Shown here piece by piece: positions 17,538-25,179 of a stretch of DNA of 38,010 bases. Origin of the DNA: Minisyncoccota bacterium (GTDB lineage: Bacteria; Patescibacteriota; Minisyncoccia; Phycocordibacterales; UBA9973). Each line of letters opens with the position of its first letter. Position 1 is the first letter of the stretch. A model generated the notes under the pieces. That model was not told the origin of the DNA. It ran no database searches and saw only the letters and a list, made by a program, of their open reading frames with translations. Made by a program: the position numbers and the translations under genes. The stretch spans positions 1-38,010 of the forward strand of contig JAQULK010000002.1 in the NCBI GenBank assembly GCA_028718635.1, given 5' to 3'.

Positions 17538-18254
17538 TTATAAAACATTACCTTTTAAATATGCTTTGCGTTTTGTTTCTGGAAATTTTTCTACTGCATA
17601 ACGAAGCATCGTACGAGGCATTTTTTTATAATATTTTTTAAGAAACTTCTCTTCTTCTTTCTGATTACGCTTACCAACCTCTCGAAGCATCCACCCAACC
17701 GCTTTGTGCAGTAAATCTTCTTTATCGTTTAGAAGTATTTTCGAGATTTTAAGAGTGTCTGTAAAATAATTTTGGTAGATAAAATAGGAAGTTGCTATTA
17801 TCGCGATGCGCCTTTCCCACATATTTTTTGAAAGTGCAAGTTTATATAAAATTTTTCTGTTCTCATCTTTATTTTTCCATAAGTATGCACCCACTATCCT
17901 ATTAACGGTAACATCCACCAAATCCCAATTGTTTATGTATTTAGTATTTTTTAAATAAAAATTATAAATCTTTTTTTGTATTTTTTTATCAGCTTTTTCA
18001 AATTGATAGGAAAGAATTATCAAAGCAGTCATGCGTTCTTCATGGATCTTTGATGATAGCAGTCTTTTTATTTCCTGCAAAGGAAGCAAGTTAAACTTTT
18101 TTGAAACATTCCGAATCTGAGGCATTGATAGGCCAATAAATTTATCCCCGTATCCGTAATCACCAAACCCTGTTTTAAAATACCACTCATTACTTTTTTT
18201 ACGCTTTTCCGATGAATATTTTTTCAGTTCTTTTTGAACATCAACGAATTTCAT
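17538..18254 (-). CDS. DNA alkylation repair protein (AlkD/AlkC HEAT-like repeat family)
   Basis: WYFKTGFGDYGYGDKFIGLSMPQIR, NNWDLVD, WERRIAII and HKAVGWMLREVGK resemble the AlkD-type family signature. Confidence 0.75.
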   Translation of the reverse strand: MKFVDVQKELKKYSSEKRKKSNEWYFKTGFGDYGYGDKFIGLSMPQIRNVSKKFNLLPLQEIKRLLSSKIHEERMTALIILSYQFEKADKKIQKKIYNFYLKNTKYINNWDLVDVTVNRIVGAYLWKNKDENRKILYKLALSKNMWERRIAIIATSYFIYQNYFTDTLKISKILLNDKEDLLHKAVGWMLREVGKRNQKEEEKFLKKYYKKMPRTMLRYAVEKFPETKRKAYLKGNVL

Positions 18255-18326
18255 GCAAAAAGTATATCAGGTTAGAATTAAAAAGTCATTGTAGAATAAA
18301 GATATTATTTAACAATTTTATATTTG

Positions 18327-18398
18327 CGCGACTGATGGGTGCTGACCCCACGACCTCCGCCGTGACAGGGCGGCGCTCTACCGTTGAGCTACAGCCGC
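18327..18398 (-). tRNA. tRNA-Asp (anticodon GUC) with atypical T-loop
   Basis: Manual fold: GCGGCTG/CAGTCGC acceptor, GCTC-AACGGTA-GAGC, CCGCC-CTGTCAC-GGCGG, T arm GTGGG-GTCAGCA-CCCAT. Confidence 0.8.
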
Positions 18399-18507
18399 AT
18401 CTTTAGATATTTTTGAAAAACTACCTTTTTCCTATCCAAATAAATATCCGATGCAACTAGTCTATTATACATAAAATCGTGTAATTTCAAAGCGTTTATA
18501 TATTTTG

Positions 18508-18581
18508 TGTCGACGCCAAGAGTTGCACTTGGGACCTGGCGCTTATGAAACGCCCGCTCTAACTACCTGAGCTACGTCGAC
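18508..18581 (-). tRNA. tRNA with CAU anticodon (elongator Met or Ile2) with atypical T-loop
   Basis: Manual fold: GTCGACG/CGTCGAC acceptor (G1:C72, so not an initiator), GGCGT-TTCATAA-GCGCC, T arm CCAAG-TGCAACT-CTTGG. Confidence 0.8.
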
Positions 18582-18634
18582 ATATTGGCAGAATAGCATT
18601 ATTTAAGGCTTTTTTCAAATATAATTTGCAAAAA

Positions 18635-19312
18635 TTAAATATTTGAAATATGATCTATGGCTCCTAAAATCTTATTTCTTGCAGATGTACCTTTTCTGAC
18701 CTTAACTCTTAAAATACCTTTATATTTTTCCATATTTTTTAATGAAGCCTTTTTAAGGTTTGTCTGAATAAAAGTGGTTTTTGAAAATTGTTCTTTTTTG
18801 ATTCCTAAAAAATTTATCCAAAATGATTTTATCTTATATTCCTTTTTTCTAAAAAATTCATTTAAAGTAAGCCGGAATATTAGGGAATCTTTTTCTACAT
18901 TCCACAACTTTAACCATTTAAAATAAAAACGTATCATATGCGGATTGCTATTAGTAAACCCAAATTCACCATTTTCATATTTGTACCCTTCTCCCCAATA
19001 TAACCCTAACCCAATCATTAAAATATCTCTATTAGAGAGTGCGCCTAAATCTTCAGCTCCTTTTTGTTTTTGTAAAATATTTCGTGTTATTCTTTCTTTT
19101 CTTTTTAATTCTGAGTATCTTAAAAGACCTCTAATAGATTTCACTTTACCTTTTGTCTTTATTTTTATAATTGCAGATTCTGTAAGAATTATATCTTTGC
19201 ACCAAAAACTAAGAGTCGATTTGGTAACATGTATTTTTTTTGAAATATCACCAAGACTTTTTCCACTTTCTCGCATTCTTTTTGCAATTTCTTTTTTCTG
19301 TGGGTAATACAT
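18635..19312 (-). CDS. HTH plus LAGLIDADG-like domain protein, free-standing
   Basis: N-terminal HTH (SGKSLGDISKKIHVTKSTLSFW), then LMIGLGLYWGEGYK resembling a LAGLIDADG motif. 225 aa. Confidence 0.45.
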   Translation of the reverse strand: MYYPQKKEIAKRMRESGKSLGDISKKIHVTKSTLSFWCKDIILTESAIIKIKTKGKVKSIRGLLRYSELKRKERITRNILQKQKGAEDLGALSNRDILMIGLGLYWGEGYKYENGEFGFTNSNPHMIRFYFKWLKLWNVEKDSLIFRLTLNEFFRKKEYKIKSFWINFLGIKKEQFSKTTFIQTNLKKASLKNMEKYKGILRVKVRKGTSARNKILGAIDHISNI

Positions 19313-19357
19313 AAGGTATATTATATAACATAGTCAGTACAGAAACAAGGAAAAAAC

Positions 19358-19386
19358 TTGCCAATATTTATAATTTAATATAGAAT
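19358..19386 (+). promoter_or_regulatory. Sigma-70-type promoter for the tmRNA-like gene
   Basis: TTGCCA (19358-19363), 17-nt spacer, TAGAAT (19381-19386). The predicted RNA 5' end follows 8-9 nt downstream. Confidence 0.55.
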
Positions 19387-19394
19387 ACTTTACA

Positions 19395-19698
19395 GCGGGA
19401 TAGAGAAGAGGCATCTCGTAAGGCTCAGCGTAGTAAATAATGGGCCCCCTCTCAGGAAACTTTGAGGTGTGTACTCGTCAAATTCGGAGAAATCCTCTCT
19501 GCTTTAGCAGAAAGACAATTCCGAGCTAAATTTTTCAACACAAATTGAAAATAAATGTGTAGAGACTAGATGGCGAGCTCCTTAATCTTTTTTAAAAGAA
19601 AGGAGATGGTATAGTCCAGACCACAAACATTCAGGTAGTGAAAACTATAGTGGTAAAGCATAACCTTAAGACGGCCGTTCGATTCGGCCTCCCGCAAC
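19395..19698 (+). ncRNA. ssrA: tmRNA (ssrA)-like RNA
   Basis: 5' GCGGGA pairs with 3' TCCCGC. The 3' end reads AAGAC-GGCCG-TTCGATT-CGGCC-TCCCGC-A, a tRNA-like T arm plus acceptor as in tmRNA. UAAGG/CCUUA forms a P2-like closing helix. Own promoter and terminator; about 300 nt. The tag ORF is not confidently identified. Confidence 0.55.
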
Positions 19699-19701
19699 AT
19701 G

Positions 19702-19746
19702 AACCTTCCCTCTACTTAATAAGGAGAGGGATTTGAGGGTGAGGTT
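19702..19746. repeat. GC-rich palindromic repeat element (copy A), acting as a terminator after the tmRNA-like gene
   Basis: AACCTTCCCTCTACTTAATAAGGAGAGGGATTTGAGGGTGAGGTT followed by TTTAT. It is near-identical over about 30 nt to copy C at 34747-34775. Confidence 0.7.
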
Positions 19747-20391
19747 TTATATATACCCATACTCATGAAAAATCTGCTCGTATAGAGCGATGACTCTTTT
19801 TGCTTCATGTTGAGAAACTTCAAAATCCAGCCCCTCGTGAGCTATTCTGTTTCTGATGGTGTGAACTTCCCATGCGATGGTGAGATTTGGAAAATTCTCT
19901 TGATTGGCATTTTTTAATCTATCCCCCAAGGTTTCTCCCCTGAAGCCTAATTGCTCCATCAAGCTCTCAAGCATAGAATCCGCCTCGATGATAGCGAGCT
20001 TCCAATCGCTCGCATGTTGAGAAAAAAGATAGCTGAGAGTCTTACTCCAACGTTCATTTTTTGAGCCTCCGGTTTCTTCTCGTTGTCTTTTTTCTCTTTC
20101 AGCCTTTTTGAGCGCGTATTCATGTATTTCATGATGCAAATGCTTATGTTCCTTAGCTCTGATTTCGAGCATCCGAACAATCACGTAACAGATTATGGTC
20201 AAAAAAAACATCGCTAAAAAGAAAAGGATTGTTTTCGTAAAAACAGATATTTGACCGAAGGAAGCAATTGAAAGATTGTTAATAAAATTATGAAAATATA
20301 TTGTGCCTTGATCAAATAGATAGGTCGGATCAAAATACTTTGAATCAAAAAAGGTGTTTTGTAAAACTGGATTTTGGTTAACTGTTTCCAT
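19747..20391 (-). CDS. Membrane-anchored hypothetical protein with a C-terminal Rx4H (HEPN/DUF4145-like) motif
   Basis: One TM helix (ILFFLAMFFLTIICYVIV), a charged coiled segment, and a C-terminal helical domain with WEVHTIRNRIAHEG. Confidence 0.5.
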   Translation of the reverse strand: METVNQNPVLQNTFFDSKYFDPTYLFDQGTIYFHNFINNLSIASFGQISVFTKTILFFLAMFFLTIICYVIVRMLEIRAKEHKHLHHEIHEYALKKAEREKRQREETGGSKNERWSKTLSYLFSQHASDWKLAIIEADSMLESLMEQLGFRGETLGDRLKNANQENFPNLTIAWEVHTIRNRIAHEGLDFEVSQHEAKRVIALYEQIFHEYGYI

Positions 20392-20416
20392 AATGAAATT
20401 ATAACATAACTGTCTT

Positions 20417-21856
20417 TCAGGCAGTGCTTTTATTGTTGTCTGTTATTGATTTAAATTTTTTCCCGATTTCAAATAAATTTTCTTCTCCTCCATGCGGAGC
20501 CATAAATTGAATGCCTAGCGGTAATTTTTTACCTTCTCTTTCTACCTTCCCCATAGGCAAAGAGATTGCCGGACAGCCAGTCAAATTGGCCGTGACAGTA
20601 AAAACATCTTCAAGATATAAAGATACCGGATCAGATTTTTCCCCGATTTTCAAAGCGGTATCCGGCATGGTCGGAGTCGCTATCAAATCCACGGACTCGA
20701 ATGCTTTCAAATATTCACTGCAGAGTTGCTCGCGCACCGAAACCGCTTTGCCGTAATAAGCATCATAATATCCGGCAGACAAAACATAGGCGCCGAGCAT
20801 CAATCTCCTTCTCGTCTCTCGGCCAAAACCGTTGCTCTTGGTTAGCAAATAATCTTCCAAAAGATTTTTACCGTTGATATGCAAACCATACCGCACTCCG
20901 TCAAAACGCGCTAGATTTGTGGAAACCTCCGCAAAATTTATAATATAATAAGCAGACAAGGCGGGTTTAGAAGAAGGAAACTCCAGTTCATAATTTATCT
21001 TATATCCTTGTTTTTCAAGATGTTCTAACGTATCAGTAAATTGTTTCAACACATCCTGCGCAAGAGCTTTGGAAAAAGAAGCCATCGGCACTCCAATGAT
21101 TTTCTTCTCTTTCTTTTTTTCATAAAAATCTTTATCGATAGAAGTGCTGTCTAGCGGATCCTCGCCGCGAATTATATTAAAAATAATTTCTGCGTCTTCT
21201 GCTGTTTTTGTTATCGGTCCTGCTTGATCAAAAGAAGAAACGGCAGCAATAAGTCCGGAACGCGAAACTACGCCATAGGTGGGCTTTAATCCTACGACTC
21301 CGCAAAAACTTGCCGGATTGCGTATTGATCCGCCAGTATCAGTGCCGAGCGCTCCGAGAGCCATATTGGCCGATATAGCCACCGCTGAACCGCCGGAAGT
21401 ACCTCCGGCAACTCTGTCTTTGTCATGAGGATTTCTGGTCACTCCGTAAGCAGAATTTTCTGTAGATCCTCCAAGGGCAAATTCATCCATATTTGTTCTG
21501 CCTAAAAATACTGCGCCTTGTTTTTTTAACTTAGTAATTACCGTAGCATCATAAGACGCGACATAATTCTCGAGCATTTTGGAAGCAGCAGAAACCTTGC
21601 GTCCTTCTATCAAAATATTGTCTTTGATCGCAAGCGGAATACCCAGAAGCGGACATGACTCCCCTTTGGCGATCCTCTCATCAGCTATTTTTGCCTGTTC
21701 TAAAACATCGTCAAAAACTTCCAAGTAAGCATTGAGCTCTTTGTTTTTCTTTTCTATCTCGGCTAAATAAGCCGACGCTAAATCCACTGCTGAAAATTCT
21801 TTGCTATCGAGCTTTCTTCTTGCATCTGCAATTGTAAGTTTGGCTAAATCAATCAT
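20417..21856 (-). CDS. gatA: Glu/Asp-tRNA amidotransferase subunit A
   Basis: Amidase signature GGSSGGSA-like (GGTSGGSAVA), GTDTGGSIRNPASFCG, 479 aa, downstream of gatC. Confidence 0.95.
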   Translation of the reverse strand: MIDLAKLTIADARRKLDSKEFSAVDLASAYLAEIEKKNKELNAYLEVFDDVLEQAKIADERIAKGESCPLLGIPLAIKDNILIEGRKVSAASKMLENYVASYDATVITKLKKQGAVFLGRTNMDEFALGGSTENSAYGVTRNPHDKDRVAGGTSGGSAVAISANMALGALGTDTGGSIRNPASFCGVVGLKPTYGVVSRSGLIAAVSSFDQAGPITKTAEDAEIIFNIIRGEDPLDSTSIDKDFYEKKKEKKIIGVPMASFSKALAQDVLKQFTDTLEHLEKQGYKINYELEFPSSKPALSAYYIINFAEVSTNLARFDGVRYGLHINGKNLLEDYLLTKSNGFGRETRRRLMLGAYVLSAGYYDAYYGKAVSVREQLCSEYLKAFESVDLIATPTMPDTALKIGEKSDPVSLYLEDVFTVTANLTGCPAISLPMGKVEREGKKLPLGIQFMAPHGGEENLFEIGKKFKSITDNNKSTA

Positions 21857-21957
21857 ATTATTCTAATTATTAAAATTAAAAAATTTTAAGCGTCGTGGGT
21901 CCCCTGTCCTTATGGCTCCGAGGGCGAAGGCGCAGAAATTTTTTGAATTTTAATAAT

Positions 21958-22230
21958 TCACAAAATCTTTTTTACTTTTAAAAATGCATCCTGTTTATCT
22001 GGAAATTGATTTGTGATGAGTTCTTTTGAAAACTCTCTTGGAATTATTTCGTCTTCTCGCCAAACGTTATGAACTTTATATTCTAGTTCCACGTCCTCAA
22101 CTTTTAGCTCTTCAATTTGTTTGACATATCCTAAAATACTCTCCATGTCAGAGAGTAAGTTCTTTTTTTCTTCTTCAGAAAGCTCAATTCTGGCAAGACT
22201 AGCAAGATTTTCAACATCTTTAATGTTCAT
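21958..22230 (-). CDS. gatC: Glu/Asp-tRNA amidotransferase subunit C
   Basis: 90 aa. LARIELSEEEKKNLLSDMESILGYVKQIEEL is typical GatC, and the gene is adjacent to gatA. Confidence 0.85.
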   Translation of the reverse strand: MNIKDVENLASLARIELSEEEKKNLLSDMESILGYVKQIEELKVEDVELEYKVHNVWREDEIIPREFSKELITNQFPDKQDAFLKVKKIL

Positions 22231-22280
22231 GAGAACAGTATAGCAAAAAGGGGTTAAAAAATAAATAGATTGCTTATAGC

Positions 22281-22300
22281 ATCTACGCTATAGCGTAGAT
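22281..22300. promoter_or_regulatory. 20-bp perfect palindrome ATCTACGCTATAGCGTAGAT (site 1 of 3)
   Basis: Read directly. It abuts the stop codon of 22300..22668. Confidence 0.8.
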
Positions 22301-22668
22301 TAGTTTGTAAAAGGCCTAGCTAGTTTAAATGTCTTAAATTCTTTTTGCAATCCAATTCTTTTTAAATAATCTAGGAAATCTTTAGGAAGTGGCGATGGTC
22401 CGATCCAAACACTTCTCTGGATCATAATAAAATCAAAATTTTTAAGTTGCCGACGAAACCAATCTCTCTCCTTCTTTCTTCCTTCTGGAATATCGTAAAT
22501 TAGAAGCAAATTTTTTGGCACATCTTTTTTGAAATCAGAAATAAAAGATTGAAGATATTGTCTTTTGGGTATTTTAAGTATTTTATTTTTCTCATAGGGA
22601 TCACCAAAACTAGGCAAACCAAACATATTTACCGACATGCCTTTATATTTTAATCTTCTTTGAGACAT
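22300..22668 (-). CDS. Small Cas2-fold / PaaX-C-like protein (paralog 1)
   Basis: LLLIYDIPEGRKKERDWFRRQLKNFDFIMIQRSVWIGPSPLP follows the beta-alpha-beta pattern of Cas2 and of the PaaX effector domain (vYDIPe..R..Rd.lRr.L...Gf..lQ.SVW). It is clearly paralogous to 28715..29083, with near-identity across this core. Confidence 0.6.
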   Translation of the reverse strand: MSQRRLKYKGMSVNMFGLPSFGDPYEKNKILKIPKRQYLQSFISDFKKDVPKNLLLIYDIPEGRKKERDWFRRQLKNFDFIMIQRSVWIGPSPLPKDFLDYLKRIGLQKEFKTFKLARPFTN

Positions 22669-22694
22669 AGAATGTATTATATACTCACACCACC

Positions 22695-22714
22695 ATCTAC
22701 GCTATGGCGTAGAT
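22695..22714. promoter_or_regulatory. Palindrome ATCTACGCTATGGCGTAGAT (site 2 of 3, one central mismatch)
   Basis: Read directly. It lies 27 nt upstream of the start of 22300..22668 and downstream of phzF. Confidence 0.8.
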
Positions 22715-22739
22715 GTAGAAAAGTTCACAAAAATAATTA

Positions 22740-23626
22740 CTATACCTCAATCTCCAACTCTCTTGAAACAATTGCCCTTCCCCCAACCTTAACTTCTTTG
22801 ATCTCATTACCTGAAACAACTAGCTTTACTAATATTTCTGATGGCTTATTCATCGAATATTCTTGCTCAAAATATAATTGGGATAGTTGTGTGTTTTTTA
22901 TTTTCCCATACTTAAACAGATAGCAGGCCAAGGCGCCATTTGAAGTCCCAGTTGCAGATTCTTCAGGTATCCCATATAAGGGCGCAAAATTTCTACAATT
23001 AGCCGTTCCGTCAAATTTTGTTTCTAAAGTATAAACGTGATAACCAATGGTATCGTTTTGTTTGCAGATAGCTGATATTTTTTCAAGATCTGGTTTTATT
23101 GATAATAAATATTTCAATGATTTAATTGGCAAAAAAATATCTTTGAGCCCGGTTGAGACAATTTGAACTGGCAGCTCATCATCAATACATTCCTCAGGAA
23201 TATTTAAACTCTCAGCGATCTCTCCTTTGTTTAATTTCTCAAAATATTGAGGGGGTTTTGATCCATAAATACTGTTCCGTCTTTCCCAGCCTCAATACCT
23301 AAAATACCGGCCTTTGTTTCTTGTGTATAGTTGCCAGATTTAATTAGTTGCTTATTCCACATTAAAAAATAAGTTGCGATAGTGGCATGACCGCACAAAT
23401 CAACTTCATCCGTTGGGGTAAAAAATCTCACCTTGAAATCTGCTTTATTTGATTTCGAAACAAAAGCAGTTTCCGAAAAACCAACCTCTTTAGAGATATA
23501 CATCATTTGTTTTTCTGTAAGATTATCTGCATCCAAAACTACTCCTGCCGGGTTCCCCCCTTCAAGAGTTTTCGCAAAAGAATTCAAAGTAAAAACTTTT
23601 ATTTTTTTGAGACAATTTTTGTCCAT
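22740..23626 (-). pseudogene. PhzF-family isomerase, interrupted by a frameshift at a homopolymer
   Basis: The N-terminal ORF (FTLNSFAKTLEGGNPAGVV...LCGHATIA) and the C-terminal ORF (IPEESATGTSNGALACYL) are in different frames. The downstream frame stays open back to 23250. One extra C in the C5 run (plus-strand G5 at 23251-23255) restores ...MDQNPPQYFEKLNKGEIAESL...QIVSTGLKDIFLPIKS. Confidence 0.75.
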
Positions 23627-23644
23627 AAAAATGTTTATACAACC

Positions 23645-23664
23645 ATCTACGCTATAGCGTAGAT
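23645..23664. promoter_or_regulatory. Palindrome ATCTACGCTATAGCGTAGAT (site 3 of 3), upstream of phzF
   Basis: Read directly. It lies 19 nt upstream of the likely phzF start (23626). Confidence 0.8.
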
Positions 23665-23690
23665 GCAAATATATATTGAAAACACCTCAA

Positions 23691-24575
23691 CTACCCGACC
23701 AAAGCCTTTATCCTCTCCTCCACTGGCGGATGAGTGGCAAAAAAACCGCTGATTTTTTTGCCAATTTTTGAACCTTTTGGATCGGCAATATAAAGATGCG
23801 CGATGGCACTCGATTGATGGATCATTGGTTGGCTATATTGAGAGATTTTGCGTAGCGCATTAGCGAGACCTTCTGGATAACGAGTAAGCAATGCTCCGGA
23901 AGCATCCGCCAAAAATTCGCGTTTTCTAGAAATAGCTAACTGAATTAAAACTGCAAAAAGAGGTGCTAGTATAGATAAGATAATTCCAATAATCATAAAA
24001 ATTCCTCCTCCTTTATTGTCATCATCGCTACGCCTACTAAAAAACAAACTCCTTGTAAAAAAATCTGCGAGAATTGTTATAAAACCGACGAGTACCACGA
24101 CGACAGTAGAAAGCAACATGTCACGATTCCCAATATGAGAAAGTTCGTGCGCAATTACCCCTTCTAGCTCTGTTTTATTTAAAATTTGCAAAAGTCCAGT
24201 AGTCACACAAACAACAGCATGTTTTTTATCTCTGCCTGTCGCAAAAGCATTGGGAGCAGAATCTTGCACTACATATACTTTCGGCATTGGAAGTCCAGCG
24301 GTAATTGATAAATTTTCCACACTAGTATAAAGATCAAAATATTCTTCTCTTTTTGCCTCTTTGGCACCAGCTAAAGTAAGAACAATCTTATCTGAAAACC
24401 AATAAGAAAAAATATTCATCAATATACTAAAAATAACAAAAAAATACAAAATATTCGAATTATCGTAATAAAAACTAAAAAACCAGCCGAAACCGATGAC
24501 CACCACAAAAAAGATAGTCATTAATAACCAAGTCTTCGTAACATTTTTTGATTGCTCTGTGTATAAAGTAGCCAT
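23691..24575 (-). CDS. htpX: M48-family zinc metalloprotease HtpX
   Basis: HELSHIGNRD (HExxH), 4 TM helices, C-terminal FATHPPVEERI. 294 aa. Confidence 0.9.
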   Translation of the reverse strand: MATLYTEQSKNVTKTWLLMTIFFVVVIGFGWFFSFYYDNSNILYFFVIFSILMNIFSYWFSDKIVLTLAGAKEAKREEYFDLYTSVENLSITAGLPMPKVYVVQDSAPNAFATGRDKKHAVVCVTTGLLQILNKTELEGVIAHELSHIGNRDMLLSTVVVVLVGFITILADFFTRSLFFSRRSDDDNKGGGIFMIIGIILSILAPLFAVLIQLAISRKREFLADASGALLTRYPEGLANALRKISQYSQPMIHQSSAIAHLYIADPKGSKIGKKISGFFATHPPVEERIKALVG

Positions 24576-25127
24576 TTAAAACTTTACTTCCACTGGATTT
24601 TGCGCGGCATCGTTGTCGCCCAAATCAAAGAATTCCATTTTGGAAAAATTAAAGGTCATAGCGATAAGATTACCGGGAAAACTTTCAATGGCGATATTTA
24701 GATCCCGAACATTGGCATTGTAAAATCGGCGAGCTGATTGAATTTTGTTCTCAGTATCCGAAAGTTCACCTTGTAAAGCTAAGAAATTTTGATTAGCTTT
24801 CAAGTCTGGATACGCTTCAGCAATGGCAAAAACTGATTTTAATGCCCCAGTCAATATGTTCTCAGCTTCGGCGTGTCCAGCAGTTGGCCCAGTAGCACTC
24901 ATAGCCACTGTTCGCGCTTTGGTGACATTTTCAAAAGCAGTAGACTCATGTGTAGCATAACCTTTCACAGTATTCACTAAATTCGGGATCAAATCATAAC
25001 GGCGCTTCAACTGCACTTCTATATCCGCCCAAGCTTCCTTTGCACGATTACGCAAAGAGACGAAACGGTTGAAAGCGAAAACCACAAGTAAAACTATCGC
25101 TAATAAAATTATTAAAAAGTACATCAT
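24576..25127 (-). CDS. lemA: LemA family protein
   Basis: N-terminal TM, then NRFVSLRNRAKEAWADIEVQLKRRYDLIPNLV and SARRFYNANVRDLN. It abuts htpX, the usual pairing. Confidence 0.9.
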   Translation of the reverse strand: MMYFLIILLAIVLLVVFAFNRFVSLRNRAKEAWADIEVQLKRRYDLIPNLVNTVKGYATHESTAFENVTKARTVAMSATGPTAGHAEAENILTGALKSVFAIAEAYPDLKANQNFLALQGELSDTENKIQSARRFYNANVRDLNIAIESFPGNLIAMTFNFSKMEFFDLGDNDAAQNPVEVKF

Positions 25128-25179
25128 ATTTTATATTGTTTGTTAACTAATAATCAAAAACTTATTTAGAGTATAACAC

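Noticed and set aside
19395-19698. Interpreting this RNA as RNase P RNA or as a tRNA gene with an intron
   Set aside because: None of the conserved RNase P blocks (GAGGAAAGTCC, ACAGAA...) is present. The 5' part does not form a D arm or anticodon arm in tRNA register, whereas the T arm, acceptor and P2-like layout fits tmRNA best.
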